A stretch of DNA of 64,000 nucleotides, taken from an uncultured Chloroflexia bacterium. Its GTDB lineage: Bacteria > Chloroflexota > Limnocylindria > Limnocylindrales > CSP1-4. The first letter of the stretch is position 1. The number at the start of each line of letters is the position of its first letter. Location: contig CAVVCZ010000006.1 in the NCBI GenBank assembly GCA_963746845.1, forward strand, positions 288,001-352,000, read 5' to 3'. Both the position numbers and the translations under genes were made by a program. The notes under the pieces were generated by a model. It saw nothing but the letters and a program-made list of their open reading frames with translations. It was not told the origin of the DNA and did not search any database. Shown here piece after piece: positions 50,033 to 60,914 of the stretch.

Positions 50033-50740
50033 ATGGATCAGGCATCGGCGCCGTGGCGCGTCCTGGAATCCGCCGACGACGCGAGCGAGCCGGGCCCCGG
50101 TGCGCGCCCGGCCGAGAGCGGGATCACGGCGCACCGGCTGTTCCCGTTCGCGATCACGGTTCTCGCGGCGGGTCTCGCGGTCGGGGCGTTCGCCGTCGCC
50201 GCCATCGGGGCGCGGCCGTCGATCGACGTCACCGGGGCCACACCCCAGGGGTCGGGTCCGGCCGACGCGTCGGCGCCCGCCGCCGGGCCGGCGTCGTCCG
50301 GCGGCGGAGCACGGCTCGTCGTCGACGTCCAGGGTGCGGTCGCCCACCCGGGCGTTGTTCGTCTCGTGGCCGGATCGCGTGTCGGGGATGCGATCGCGGC
50401 GGCCGGCGGCTACGGCCCGCGCGTCGCCGCCGATCGGGTCGGACAGGTCCTGAACCTCGCGGCGCTCCTCCGGGATGGCGACCAGATCCTGGTTCCGTCA
50501 CGCGACGACACGGGGCCCACGACGGCCGATCGCGGCGGGGCGGCCACCGCACCGATCGACCTGAACACCGCGACGGGCGAGCAGCTCGACGCGCTGCCCG
50601 GGATCGGCCCGGTGACGGCGGCGAAGATCCTCGCCGCACGCGACGAGCAGCCGTTCAGGTCGGTCGACGATCTCAAGTCGCGGAAGCTCGTCGGAGCGGC
50701 GACCTTCGACAAGATCCAGGCGCTCGTCACCGTCCGCTGA
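50033..50740 (+). CDS. comEA: Competence protein ComEA
   Basis: [43 protein letters not shown] HhH. Confidence 0.93.
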   Translation: MDQASAPWRVLESADDASEPGPGARPAESGITAHRLFPFAITVLAAGLAVGAFAVAAIGARPSIDVTGATPQGSGPADASAPAAGPASSGGGARLVVDVQGAVAHPGVVRLVAGSRVGDAIAAAGGYGPRVAADRVGQVLNLAALLRDGDQILVPSRDDTGPTTADRGGAATAPIDLNTATGEQLDALPGIGPVTAAKILAARDEQPFRSVDDLKSRKLVGAATFDKIQALVTVR

Positions 50741-50759
50741 GCCCGACCGAGCATTCGAC

Positions 50760-53327
50760 ATGACCTCCAGCGGCTGGCTGGCGATCGGCGCCGTCGTCGC
50801 TAGCCTCGTCGGACGGCGGATCGACCCGGCCTCGCTCGTGCTGCTGGCGACGGCGCTGTCGGTCGCGGCGGCAGGCTTCCGAGCAGGACGTCCGGTCGCG
50901 ACGCGGCGGCGGGTCACGTCCCTGATCGTGCTGGGGATCGGGGCGCTCGTCATCGCCCTGCGTCTCGCGTCGACCGCCCCGCCGGGGGGAGCCGTCGCCT
51001 CGCTTCCTGGCGGCTCGGGGCCGTGGACCGGCACGGTGGTCGGCATCTCGTCGCCGCGCGATGGCCAGCAGGTCGCGACGCTCCGACTCGACGGCGACGA
51101 GGCCGACGAGGCCCGCCCGCGGATCCTCCCGGTCACGGTGACGGCCACGCTCCCCCGCTTCCCGGCCGTGGAGCCTGGCGTTGTCGTCCGCGTCTCCGGG
51201 CGTCTGGAGCCGCCGCCGGACGGGCCCTACGGCGACTACCTGGCGCGGACCGGGGTTGCGGGCAGCCTCTTTTCCCGAAGCCTCGCGGTCGTCGGTCGGG
51301 AGGACGATCCCGGCTCCCGGCTGGAGGGGCTTCGGCGGGCCGCGGGTGACGCGCTGGCGGCGGCCATCCCGGAGCCGGAGGCCGGTCTCGCAGCCGGGAT
51401 CGTGATCGGACTGCGCGATCGTGTGGATCGCGACGTGGCCGCCGCCTTCACGACCGTCGGCGCGAGCCATGTCGTGGCGATCTCGGGCTGGAACATCGCG
51501 ATCGTGGCGGCGACCGTGGCCGCGCTCGCCGGTCGCCTCGGACGTCGCCGCCGGGCCATCGTGCTCGTCGTCGCGATCGTCGCCTACGTCCTGTTCGCGG
51601 GCGCGTCGCCGTCGGTCGTCCGCGCTGCCGCGATGGCTGGTGTCGTGCTGCTGGCACGCGAAAGCGGGCGAGCAGGGCGCGCGGCCGCGGCGCTCGGCTG
51701 GGCGGCCGTCCTGCTGCTGGTGGCCGATCCGGGCCTGATCGACGATCCGGGCTTCCAGCTCTCGACGCTCGCCACGGGCGGCATCCTGGCGTGGGCCTCG
51801 TCCTGGACCGAGCGGATCGGCCGGCTCGCCGGTGGCCGCGTGCCCCGTTGGCTCGCCGAGTCGCTCGGGGTCTCACTGGCCGCGCAGGTCGCGACGCTCC
51901 CGGTTGTCCTCCTGACGTTCGGGCGGCTGGCGGTCGTCTCGCCGGCCGTGAATCTCGCGATCGTCCCGATCGTGGCGCCGGCAATGGCGGCCGCCCTCGT
52001 CGCCCTCGCCGGCGGCGCCGCGTCGCTCCTCGGCGGCCCGGCCATCGTGGCGACCCTGGCCGGCCTCCCCGCATGGGGCCTGCTGACCGCGATGTGCACG
52101 ATCATCCGCGCGGCCGCGGCGCTGCCGTTCGCGAACGTGAGCTTCGGGCCGCCATGGACGCTCGTCGCGGGCGGTCTCAGTGCGGCCGCGATCCTCCGCG
52201 GCCCGGCGATCTGGCGATGGGCCCGTCGCCAACGGTCCGGCCGGCGGGCTCGAGAACCGCGGCCGGACTCGGCCCGGAACGATCGGTCGCCGGTCAGCCG
52301 GCCCGCGCGTCGCTCGTCGCGTCTGGCCCTGATCGGGCTCGTCGCGGCAGCTGCGAGCCTCGGGCTGGCGTTCGCCCACCGCGTTGACGGCACGACGCGG
52401 ATCACCGTCCTCGACATCGGACAGGGCGACGCGATCCTCGTCGAGGGGGGTCGCGGCGGCCGGATGCTCATCGACGGCGGACCGGACCCGGATCGGCTGC
52501 TCGTCGAGCTCGACCGGAGGCTGCCGCCGTGGGATCGACGGATCGACATCCTCGTGCTGACGCACCCGCACGAGGATCATGTCGCGGGGATGCCGCTCCT
52601 GCTCGAGCGCTACCGGATCGGCCGGATCTACGAGACCGGGATGCGCGGGCCGGGACCCGGCTACCGGGCGTTCGACCGCGAGCTCGCCCGGGGTGGCGCG
52701 CCGGCGAGGGCGCTGCTCTCGACGGGTGCGCGGATCGCCGTCGACGACATCCGTTTCCGGGTCCTGTGGCCGGATCCCGGTCGCGTCCCGCGGCAGCCGC
52801 CGGACGCCGGTCGCGGGATCAACGACGTCTCCGTGGTCCTGCTGGGCGAGGTCGCCGGGCGGCGGATCCTGCTGACCGGCGACGTGGAGGACGATGTCGA
52901 CCCGCTGCTCGCGAGCCGTGGCCTCCCGCCGGTCGACATCCTGAAGGTCGCCCACCACGGGAGCGCAACGGCGTCGACCTCGACGTTCCTCGACGAGGTC
53001 CGGCCGAAGGTGGCGATCGTGTCGGCCGGCGCGGGCAACCCGTACGGGCATCCGGCGCGATCGACGATCGATCGGCTCGCCGCCACGGGGGCACGCGTCC
53101 TCCGGACGGACACGGACGGCTCGGTCGCGGTCACGATCGATCCGGCCGGCGCGATCGCGGTGTCGACGACCGGTGCGCGTCGATCCTGGCTGTCGGCCCC
53201 GATCGCCGCCCGCCTGGCGATGGCGCGGATCCCGGCCCCGGGACCGCCGGCGGCCGCATCGCAGGCGGCGCCCATCCTCCGACCGGGTCCGGTCGCGTTC
53301 ACGTGCGGGATACCATCGACCGGATGA
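50760..53327 (+). CDS. comEC: DNA internalization competence protein ComEC/Rec2
   Basis: SHVVAISGWN, SPSVVRAA, GFQLS, DIGQGD, THPHEDH, KVAHHGS, NPYGHP. Confidence 0.95.
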   Translation: MTSSGWLAIGAVVASLVGRRIDPASLVLLATALSVAAAGFRAGRPVATRRRVTSLIVLGIGALVIALRLASTAPPGGAVASLPGGSGPWTGTVVGISSPRDGQQVATLRLDGDEADEARPRILPVTVTATLPRFPAVEPGVVVRVSGRLEPPPDGPYGDYLARTGVAGSLFSRSLAVVGREDDPGSRLEGLRRAAGDALAAAIPEPEAGLAAGIVIGLRDRVDRDVAAAFTTVGASHVVAISGWNIAIVAATVAALAGRLGRRRRAIVLVVAIVAYVLFAGASPSVVRAAAMAGVVLLARESGRAGRAAAALGWAAVLLLVADPGLIDDPGFQLSTLATGGILAWASSWTERIGRLAGGRVPRWLAESLGVSLAAQVATLPVVLLTFGRLAVVSPAVNLAIVPIVAPAMAAALVALAGGAASLLGGPAIVATLAGLPAWGLLTAMCTIIRAAAALPFANVSFGPPWTLVAGGLSAAAILRGPAIWRWARRQRSGRRAREPRPDSARNDRSPVSRPARRSSRLALIGLVAAAASLGLAFAHRVDGTTRITVLDIGQGDAILVEGGRGGRMLIDGGPDPDRLLVELDRRLPPWDRRIDILVLTHPHEDHVAGMPLLLERYRIGRIYETGMRGPGPGYRAFDRELARGGAPARALLSTGARIAVDDIRFRVLWPDPGRVPRQPPDAGRGINDVSVVLLGEVAGRRILLTGDVEDDVDPLLASRGLPPVDILKVAHHGSATASTSTFLDEVRPKVAIVSAGAGNPYGHPARSTIDRLAATGARVLRTDTDGSVAVTIDPAGAIAVSTTGARRSWLSAPIAARLAMARIPAPGPPAAASQAAPILRPGPVAFTCGIPSTG

Positions 53328-54424
53328 CCGCCCGATCCCCGCTCGCTTACTTCTGGGGCGACGACGACCTCTCGATCGACCGCGCGGTCGCGCGGTTCGC
53401 CAGGCATGTCGCGGACGGCGGCGAGCCGCTCGAGCCGTGGAGGCTCCGAGGCAACAAGAACCTCGCTGACGGCCAGATCGCCGAGATCCAGTCGCGGATC
53501 GCGACGCCGGTGCTGTTCGGCGGGGGCACGCTGGCGGTGGTCAGCAACGCGGGCGCCCTCATGGTCACGACGGAGGGCCGTGACGCCGTCCTCGCGCTCG
53601 TCGGGCTCACGGCACCGGGCAACGGACTCGTGATCGTCGAGCAGGCACGGAGCGGCGCGAGAGGGCCGGGCCAGCTGAAGCTCGCGAAGGCGATCCAGGA
53701 CGCGGGCGGCGTGATCCGCGAGTTCCCCTCGCCGCGCGAAGGCGGCCTGGCGGCCTGGATCGACAGCGAGGCCCGGGACCGTGGGATGCGTCTCGCGCCG
53801 GGCGCGGCCAAGGAGATCGCGTCGCGGATCGGCGGGTTCGTGCGCGAGGGCGATGCCGATCGACGCGATCAGACGCGGCGGGCGGCGATGGAGCTCGACA
53901 AGCTGGCGCTCTACCGGCCGGACGCCTCGATCACGGTCGATGACGTCGCCGCGCTCGTCGCGGAGGCCGTGCCGGGATCGGCGTGGGCGTTCGCCGACGC
54001 CGTCGGCGACCGCGACGGGCCGCGGGCGACGGCGCTCCTCGAGACGCTGGCCGAGACGATGCCCGAGCCGGTCATCGTCGTCGTCCTGCATCGCCGGGTT
54101 CGCGAGATGCTGGAGCTCAAGGACCGGCTGCCGACGGCGAAGAACGTCGGCGAGGCCGGCAGGGCGATGGGGATCAACGCTGCGTATCGCGCACAGCGGA
54201 TCGCCGAGCAGGGGGCCCGCTGGAAGGCGGCGGAGCTGGTGGCCGCGCTCGACGGGATCCTGGAGCTCGACGCGGTCGTCAAGGGTGCACCGGGCCGGGG
54301 CGGCGAGGGCGCCTGGCACCGACTCGCGTTCACGCTCTGGATCGCCGACCACGTCGGCCGCTCAGGAGTCCGACGACCCCCCGGCGTCAGCGCCCGCCGC
54401 AGTCCCGCGGCGTCGGCCCGCTAG
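53324..54424 (+). CDS. holA: DNA polymerase III subunit delta
   Basis: YFWGDD, ELDKLALY..ITVDDV..LV; conserved position after comEC with ATGA overlap. Confidence 0.85.
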   Translation: MTARSPLAYFWGDDDLSIDRAVARFARHVADGGEPLEPWRLRGNKNLADGQIAEIQSRIATPVLFGGGTLAVVSNAGALMVTTEGRDAVLALVGLTAPGNGLVIVEQARSGARGPGQLKLAKAIQDAGGVIREFPSPREGGLAAWIDSEARDRGMRLAPGAAKEIASRIGGFVREGDADRRDQTRRAAMELDKLALYRPDASITVDDVAALVAEAVPGSAWAFADAVGDRDGPRATALLETLAETMPEPVIVVVLHRRVREMLELKDRLPTAKNVGEAGRAMGINAAYRAQRIAEQGARWKAAELVAALDGILELDAVVKGAPGRGGEGAWHRLAFTLWIADHVGRSGVRRPPGVSARRSPAASAR

Positions 54425-54675
54425 TCGGCAGACGACCAGGCCTGCTCCTGGACGACCAGATCCGATTCGATGGCGAAGACGCAGCGGCCGTCGCGCAGGT
54501 CGAGCAGCTCGATCAGCTCCGGATCGATGTAGAGCTGGTGGCAGTCCTCGCACAGGCCGCCGGGGATGCCGAAGCACAGACGCTCGGTTCGATCCGACAT
54601 CCGGAACGTCGTGTCGAACCGGGTCGTGATCAGCCGTCGACTGCAACCGGGGCAGCGCTCGCGAAGGCGGGACAT
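54421..54675 (-). CDS. YgiT-type zinc finger protein
   Basis: CPGC...IPGGLCEDCHQLYID. Confidence 0.65.
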   Translation of the reverse strand: MSRLRERCPGCSRRLITTRFDTTFRMSDRTERLCFGIPGGLCEDCHQLYIDPELIELLDLRDGRCVFAIESDLVVQEQAWSSAD

Positions 54676-54940
54676 CGATCGAGCCGTTGGGCCTCGTGGA
54701 CGGGTCGATCGGCGATCGACCACCTGCACGGGATGCTGCGGCCCGCCTCGAGGCCCCGACATGACCCGACGGTACCGCCATGCCGTCGGTACTCGGGCTA
54801 CCGCGCCATGGCGCCGACTGCGTTCGTCGCGGCTGGGCGGTCAGGGCAAGGCGAAGCCGAGCACCGGAGCGAGCGCACGCGGACGTGCGTGAGCGAGGAG
54901 CGCAGGGTTCAACGCCGCCATGTCCGTCCAGGCGCGACAG

Positions 54941-55405
54941 TCATTGAACCCGGAGGACGACCTTTGCCTCCGACCAGTGCTTCTCCAGCGAGTAGTAGTC
55001 GCGCTCCGGCGGGGTGAACACGTGGACGACCACGGCGCCGAAGTCGACGAGGACCCAGTGCGACGACGCGGTGCCCTCACGGCCGATCGGGCGGACCTTC
55101 TCCGATCGCATGCCCTCGATGATCCCGTCGGCGATCGCGTCGAGCTGCCGCTCGGAGCCGCCCGAGCAGATCACGAACGCGTCCGCCAGCGTCGTCAACC
55201 CGGCGAGGTCGAGCAGGACGATGTCGGCCGCCTTCTTGTCCTCGGCGAGCTCGACGATCCGTCGCGCCATGTCGAGGGGCGGTCGCTCCGGGATCGCGAC
55301 GGCCGCCCCGGCCGGCGCCTCGCCCCGAGTGGGCAGGCCGTCGGGTCGAGGGGTGGTCGCGGACGTGCCTGCGGGGGTTCCGGCGTCGGTCATGGGGTCG
55401 GTCAC
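54941..55405 (-). CDS. rsfS: Ribosome silencing factor
   Basis: DKKAADIVLLDL, FVICSG, WVLVDFGAVVVHVF..ERDYYSLEKHW. Confidence 0.95.
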   Translation of the reverse strand: MTDPMTDAGTPAGTSATTPRPDGLPTRGEAPAGAAVAIPERPPLDMARRIVELAEDKKAADIVLLDLAGLTTLADAFVICSGGSERQLDAIADGIIEGMRSEKVRPIGREGTASSHWVLVDFGAVVVHVFTPPERDYYSLEKHWSEAKVVLRVQ

Positions 55406-56085
55406 GGGCTGGCGGTCTCCTGTTGCTCGGGATGACGATACAGCCCATTGTCCCGGATGACCTCCGCGACGGCCGGCGACACGAGGCCGTCGATCGGCTC
55501 GCCGAGGGCCACCAGGCGTCGGATCTCCGAGGCCGAGACCGCGATCGCGGGCAGATCGAGGAGGGCGATCCGGCTGGATCCGCCGACGACGACGGCGTCC
55601 GCGGCGGTCACGTCGGGCGCCGGGTAGCCCGGCCGGGGCGCGACGGCCACCCGGGACAGCTCGAGCAGTCGCTCGGGCCGGTGCCACGTCGCGAGGCCGG
55701 CAAACGACTCGGCCGAGAGGATGACCGTCACGTCCGGGGCGCGGCCCGCCGAGCGTTGAGCCGCGACCAGCGCCTCGACCGTGTCCACCGTCCACGACGG
55801 GCCGCCCCGGTCCAGCTCGATCCGGCTGGCCTCGAGACGCGGCTCACCGGCGATCCCCGCCTCGACCAGTGCCAGCCGCACCTCCGGCGGGCTGATCGGG
55901 CGACCGGTCTTGTGCGGCGGGTTGGCGGCGGGGATGACGAGGACCCGCTCCAGCCCGAGCTGATCGCGCGCCGCGCGGGCCAGCGCCAGGTGCCCGAGGT
56001 GGAACGGGTCGAAGGTCCCCCCGAGCATCCCGATCGAGCCCGGCCGGATCGGCGCGACGAGCGCGGAGCCCGATTCGCCGGTCAC
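55402..56085 (-). CDS. nadD: Nicotinate-nucleotide adenylyltransferase
   Basis: GGTFDPFHLGH, PPHK, SWTVDT, VSASEIR. Confidence 0.95.
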   Translation of the reverse strand: MTGESGSALVAPIRPGSIGMLGGTFDPFHLGHLALARAARDQLGLERVLVIPAANPPHKTGRPISPPEVRLALVEAGIAGEPRLEASRIELDRGGPSWTVDTVEALVAAQRSAGRAPDVTVILSAESFAGLATWHRPERLLELSRVAVAPRPGYPAPDVTAADAVVVGGSSRIALLDLPAIAVSASEIRRLVALGEPIDGLVSPAVAEVIRDNGLYRHPEQQETASP

Positions 56086-57389
56086 AGCTCCCAGGGCTGG
56101 GCTTCCCATTCCAGCTCGGTCGAACCGATCCGGACCAGGTCGCGGGGCCCGACGCCCCGGCGGCGGAGCTCGTCCTCGATCCCGAAGCGGGCGAGGGCCT
56201 TCTGGAACCGCTCGGCCGACTCCTCCACGTCGAAGTTCGTCTGCGCGGCCAGCCGCTCGATCCGCCGGCCGCGGACACGGAGGACCCCGTCGGCGTCCTC
56301 CTCGACGAAGAACCCGTCGTCGGCCGGGTCGATCCGATGGACGACGACGCCCGCGGGCTCCGGCGGCGTCCCCAGCTCGTCGGCGCCCGGCAGGAGCTCG
56401 CCGATCCGTGCCCGAAGCTCGGCGAGGCCGGTGCCCTCGGTCGCCGAGATCGCGACGGTGTCCTCGCCCGCCGCCCGACGAGCCTTGCGGAAGGCGGGCC
56501 ACGCCCCGACGGCCGCAGGCCGGTCCATCTTGTTGAACACGACGAGGATCGGCTTGTCGAGCAGCGCGGGATCGTGGGCGAGGAGCTCGTCGCGGATGAC
56601 GTCGTGGTCCCAGCCCGGGTCGCGCGACGACCCGTCGACGATGTGGAGGAGCACGCGGGTCCGCTCGACGTGACGGAGGAACGCGTGACCCAGCCCGGCC
56701 CCGCTCGATGCCCCCTCGATCAGGCCCGGGACGTCGGCGATCGTCGGCCGGCGCTCGTCACCGGACGGGTCGTCGGGATCGGCCAGGTCCATGACGCCGA
56801 GGTTCGGCTCGAGCGTCGTGAACGGGTAGTCCGCGATCTTCGGCGTCGCGGCGGTCAGGGCGGCCAGGAGCGTCGACTTGCCGGCGTTCGGCAGCCCGAC
56901 CAGCCCGACGTCGGCGATCAGGCGGAGCTCGAGCCGGAGCCGGCGCTCCTCGCCGGGCTCGCCCTTCTGCGCGTGCTTGGGGGCCTGGTGGGTCGCCGTC
57001 TTGAAGTGCGTGTTCCCGAGGCCGCCTCGACCGCCGCGCGCGACGGCCGCCACCTGTCCCACCGCGACGAGGTCCGCCAGGAGCTCGCCAGTCTCGTCAT
57101 CGAGCACGGCCGTGCCGGGCGGGACGTCGAGGATCAGGTCGTCGCCTGCCGAGCCGTGCCGGCGCGCCCGTTCGCCGCGTCCACCGGAGGTCGCCTTGAA
57201 GTGGTGCTTGAAGCGGAAGTCGCGGAGCGTCGTCTGCCCGGCGTCGACGATCAACCGGATCGAGCCGCCACGTCCCCCGTCGCCGCCGTCGGGGCCGCCC
57301 CGGGGGACATGGGCCTCGTGCCGGAACGTCGCGGCACCGTCACCGCCGTCGCCGCCCTTGACGAAGATCGTGACGCGGTCGAGGAACAT
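56082..57389 (-). CDS. obgE: GTPase ObgE/CgtA
   Basis: GGPDGGDGGRGG, VGLPNAGKST, YPFTTL, DVPG, NKMD, C-terminal DUF1967-like domain. Confidence 0.97.
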   Translation of the reverse strand: MFLDRVTIFVKGGDGGDGAATFRHEAHVPRGGPDGGDGGRGGSIRLIVDAGQTTLRDFRFKHHFKATSGGRGERARRHGSAGDDLILDVPPGTAVLDDETGELLADLVAVGQVAAVARGGRGGLGNTHFKTATHQAPKHAQKGEPGEERRLRLELRLIADVGLVGLPNAGKSTLLAALTAATPKIADYPFTTLEPNLGVMDLADPDDPSGDERRPTIADVPGLIEGASSGAGLGHAFLRHVERTRVLLHIVDGSSRDPGWDHDVIRDELLAHDPALLDKPILVVFNKMDRPAAVGAWPAFRKARRAAGEDTVAISATEGTGLAELRARIGELLPGADELGTPPEPAGVVVHRIDPADDGFFVEEDADGVLRVRGRRIERLAAQTNFDVEESAERFQKALARFGIEDELRRRGVGPRDLVRIGSTELEWEAQPWEL

Positions 57390-57522
57390 CGCGGCGATTG
57401 TCGCATCCGCACCCGATCGCACCGGCCGCCGCGATCGCGTCGACGCGCGCGGGCTGGACCGTGAGGCCTCGATCGCGTCGCCGGCCCTCCTCCAAGCCGG
57501 CGACGCGACGGGCGTCAGGCGA

Positions 57523-58854
57523 TCAGAGATAGAGCAGCGGGTTGACCCGAGTGCCGCCGTCCCAGACGGGGCCGCGCCAGACCTCGAAGTGGAGATGCGG
57601 CCCGGTCGCGTTGCCGGTCATGCCGACCCGCCCGACCTGCTGGCCGCGACCGACCGACTGGCCGCTCCCGACGGTGATCGACGACATGTGGTTGTAGGTC
57701 GTGTAGAGGTTCGAGCCGTGGGCGATCCAGACCTGGTAGCCGCCGCCGTTGTTCTTCCAGCCGGCGAAGATCACGGTCCCGGACGCGGCGGCCATGACCG
57801 TGGTCCCCGGATCGGCCGCAATGTCGATCGCGTAGTGGCCGTAGTGGAAATACTGGCTGATGTAGCCGCCCGCGACCGGCCAGTGGAACGCGCCACCGGT
57901 GTACTGCGCGGGCGGGCGGCCACCACCGCCACCGCCACTCGACGTGTGGGTCGGGCGGCTGGACACCGGGGCCTTCGTGGGCTTTGGGGTCGGGATGCCG
58001 GCGGCGCGTGCGCCGGGGATCGTGAGCGTCTGCCCGATGACGAGGTTCGGATCGGCCAGGTCGTTGGCGCTGACGATCTCCGCCGGATCGACGTCGAACT
58101 TGGCCGCGAGGGCGTCGAGGGTGTCCGTCGCGCCGACCGTGACGACGATCCCGCTCACCGGCGGGATGACGAGCTTCTGCCCGACATGGAGCGCGTCCTT
58201 CGATGTCAGGTGGTTGGCCCACCACAGGGTCATCATCGAGACGTGGAAGTGACGCGCGATCCCGGTCAGCGTGTCGCCCGAGCGGACGCGGTAGGTCTGG
58301 ATCAGGGCCTTGCCATCGGAGATGGTCGTGTCGACGGCGCCGGGCTTGACGAGCGTGCCGTCATCCGCGAACGGGCCGTCGATGACCTGGCGGTCGTCCG
58401 GCGACAGGACCGTCGGGGCCACGAGGTCGTCGTCCAGCGAGACGTTGCCGTCGACCGCCGACGTGCCGTCGGTCGTGCCCGCGCCGTTCGTCGTGTCCGT
58501 GCCGTCGATCGTGTTGTCGATGCCGCCCTGCGGCGCACCCTCGAGGCCCGAGACCGCGCCCCCGACCGCGATCCGCGGCTCGGAGCCGGCGCCGGAGGTG
58601 TTGCCGGTGGGGCCGCCGAGCCCGCTGGCGCCCAGGTTGCTCACGGCGATGGCGACGGCGACCAGCCCCACGGCAGTCAGCGAGACGAGTCGCTCACCAT
58701 CCAGGCGCGGCCAGCCGATCGATCGCGGGCTCCGTACGCCATGGGCCATCGAGACGCTGCGCCGCTGCAGGGTGGCGGCAGCCACCGAGCGACGAGCCTG
58801 GGTCGGTCTCAGGCGCGACATGATGCGCCGGACGCCGACGGATGCGTTGAGCAA
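57523..58854 (-). CDS. LysM x2 + M23 peptidoglycan endopeptidase
   Basis: TM; YRVRSGDTLTGIA; HYAID, YNH, TGPHLHFEV; TTG start after a CAGGAG RBS. Confidence 0.92.
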   Translation of the reverse strand: MLNASVGVRRIMSRLRPTQARRSVAAATLQRRSVSMAHGVRSPRSIGWPRLDGERLVSLTAVGLVAVAIAVSNLGASGLGGPTGNTSGAGSEPRIAVGGAVSGLEGAPQGGIDNTIDGTDTTNGAGTTDGTSAVDGNVSLDDDLVAPTVLSPDDRQVIDGPFADDGTLVKPGAVDTTISDGKALIQTYRVRSGDTLTGIARHFHVSMMTLWWANHLTSKDALHVGQKLVIPPVSGIVVTVGATDTLDALAAKFDVDPAEIVSANDLADPNLVIGQTLTIPGARAAGIPTPKPTKAPVSSRPTHTSSGGGGGGRPPAQYTGGAFHWPVAGGYISQYFHYGHYAIDIAADPGTTVMAAASGTVIFAGWKNNGGGYQVWIAHGSNLYTTYNHMSSITVGSGQSVGRGQQVGRVGMTGNATGPHLHFEVWRGPVWDGGTRVNPLLYL

Positions 58855-59283
58855 TGAGGTCTCCTGAGGGGGACGGTCGCAGCATGAGTGGGGCGCTGGG
58901 GGAGTGACCGTCCTGGTCGCGATATCGAGCTGGGGTCTCTACGCGGCCGAGCCCGCACCCACGCGGGCTTGCGACATCGCGGGAACTGTAACGGACCGGT
59001 AACACCGTGGCAAACGAAAGGGCTGTCGCGCCTGGGCACGCCATCGCGTCGTTGCCGGCTGCGGTCCGCGCTCACGCACCCTCAGGTGCGCTCGCTTTCG
59101 GTCCTCGCCGGCGCCTCACGCTGACGCACCCATGCGCGACGAACGCAGTCTTGTGCGGGTCACGCAGTTGCGCGGCCCTTCGTGGGGCGGCTGGCGTGCG
59201 AGCAGGCGGGCGACGTCGCGCGCGGGGTCGGTGTTCGGGCGGCGGACGGCGTTCGGAGAGGCGGGCGGCGTTCGGGGCGGCCG

Positions 59284-60666
59284 TCAGGCGTCGAGGGACT
59301 TGGTCAGCGAGCCCAGGAACTGCACGTTGGTGTCGGTCTTCGAGAGGCGGTTGAGCAGCAGCTCGATGCCCTCGTTCGTGCCGACGGCGGAGAGCATCCG
59401 GCGCATCGTCCAGACCATCTTCAGCGTGCCTTCCTCGAGGAGCAGCTCCTCGCGGCGGGTTCCGGACCGCTGGACGTCGATCGACGGGTAGATCCGCTTC
59501 TCGGCAAGCTTCCGGTCCAGGATGAGCTCCGAGTTGCCGGTGCCCTTGAACTCCTCGTAGATCACGTCGTCCATGCGCGACCCGGTGTCGACGAGGCAGG
59601 TCGCGATGATCGTCAGCGATCCGCCCTCCTCGATGTTCCGGGCGGCCCCGAAGAAGCGCTTGGGCGGGTACAGGGCGATCGGGTCGATGCCGCCCGACAG
59701 CGTCCGCCCGCTCGGCGGCAGCGCCAGGTTGTAGGCGCGGGCGAGCCGGGTGACCGAGTCGAGCAGGATCACGACGTCTCGACCGGTCTCGACCTGCCGC
59801 TTGGCGATCTCGAGCGCCATCTCGGCGACGTGGGTGTGGTTCTCGGTCGGCTCGTCGAACGTCGAGCTGATGACCTCGCCCTTCACGGATCGTCGCATGT
59901 CCGTGACCTCCTCCGGCCGCTCGCCGATCAGGGCGACCATCAGGAGGATGTCCGGGTAGTTCTCGCTGATCCCGTTCGCGATGTTCTTCAGGAGCATCGT
60001 CTTGCCGGCCTTCGGCGGGCTGACGATCAGGGCGCGCTGGCCCTTGCCGAGCGGGTTGACGATGTTGACGAGGCGCTGGCTGAGGTTCTTCGGGTCGCTC
60101 TCGAGGTTGATCAGCTCGTCCGGGTGGACCGGGGTCAGGTCGGCGAACACCGGGCGGCGACGCGCGGTCTCGATGTCCACGCCGTTCACGGCATCGACCC
60201 GGAGCATCCCCCAGTACTTCTCCGCCTCGCGCGGCGCACGGACCGCGCCGCTGACGCGATCGCCGATCCGGAGGCCGAACCGCCGGACCTGGCTGGAGGA
60301 GACGTAGACGTCGTCCGGGCTCGGCAGCAGGCCGTGCCGGCGCATGAACCCGAACCCCTCGTCGACGATGTCGAGGATGCCGGACGCGTACGCGTGACCG
60401 GCCCGCTCGGTCTGGCGCTCGAGGATCCGCTCGACGAGGTCGTCCTTGCGCTCCTGGGTGCCGGTCTCGAGCTGCAGGTCGCGGCTGACGGCCCGGAGCT
60501 CCGTGACGCTCATGTCGCGGAGGTCGGCGATGTCGAGGTCGTTCCGCTCGCGCGCGGCTTCGAGCTCCTGCTGCTCCTCGTACTCCGTGACGGGAGCGCG
60601 CTGGATCTGGCCGCGACGCCGCGGGCGGCGATTGCGCGAACGCTGGTCTGGACCGAGTTGGGGCAT
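59284..60666 (-). CDS. rho: Transcription termination factor Rho
   Basis: [56 protein letters not shown]. Confidence 0.98.
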   Translation of the reverse strand: MPQLGPDQRSRNRRPRRRGQIQRAPVTEYEEQQELEAARERNDLDIADLRDMSVTELRAVSRDLQLETGTQERKDDLVERILERQTERAGHAYASGILDIVDEGFGFMRRHGLLPSPDDVYVSSSQVRRFGLRIGDRVSGAVRAPREAEKYWGMLRVDAVNGVDIETARRRPVFADLTPVHPDELINLESDPKNLSQRLVNIVNPLGKGQRALIVSPPKAGKTMLLKNIANGISENYPDILLMVALIGERPEEVTDMRRSVKGEVISSTFDEPTENHTHVAEMALEIAKRQVETGRDVVILLDSVTRLARAYNLALPPSGRTLSGGIDPIALYPPKRFFGAARNIEEGGSLTIIATCLVDTGSRMDDVIYEEFKGTGNSELILDRKLAEKRIYPSIDVQRSGTRREELLLEEGTLKMVWTMRRMLSAVGTNEGIELLLNRLSKTDTNVQFLGSLTKSLDA

Positions 60667-60914
60667 GGGCGGGGGGTGTCCCTCGAGAGACGGCGTGGGC
60701 CGGATCCGGGCTGGTGTTCGCGCGGAATCGATCCGCTGCGCAGGCCGGTCTGGGATGCAGGGAATCATACGCGGCGCAACGGCCGACGTCAATGGATCGG
60801 CACGGGTCGGGATCGGCGTCCAGGAGCCCGGCGGCCGCCCGGGGCAACCATCCACGGCGCGGCGCGCTCATCTGAGCGATTGACTCTCATCTGTGCGATC
60901 CATATGCTGCCGGG

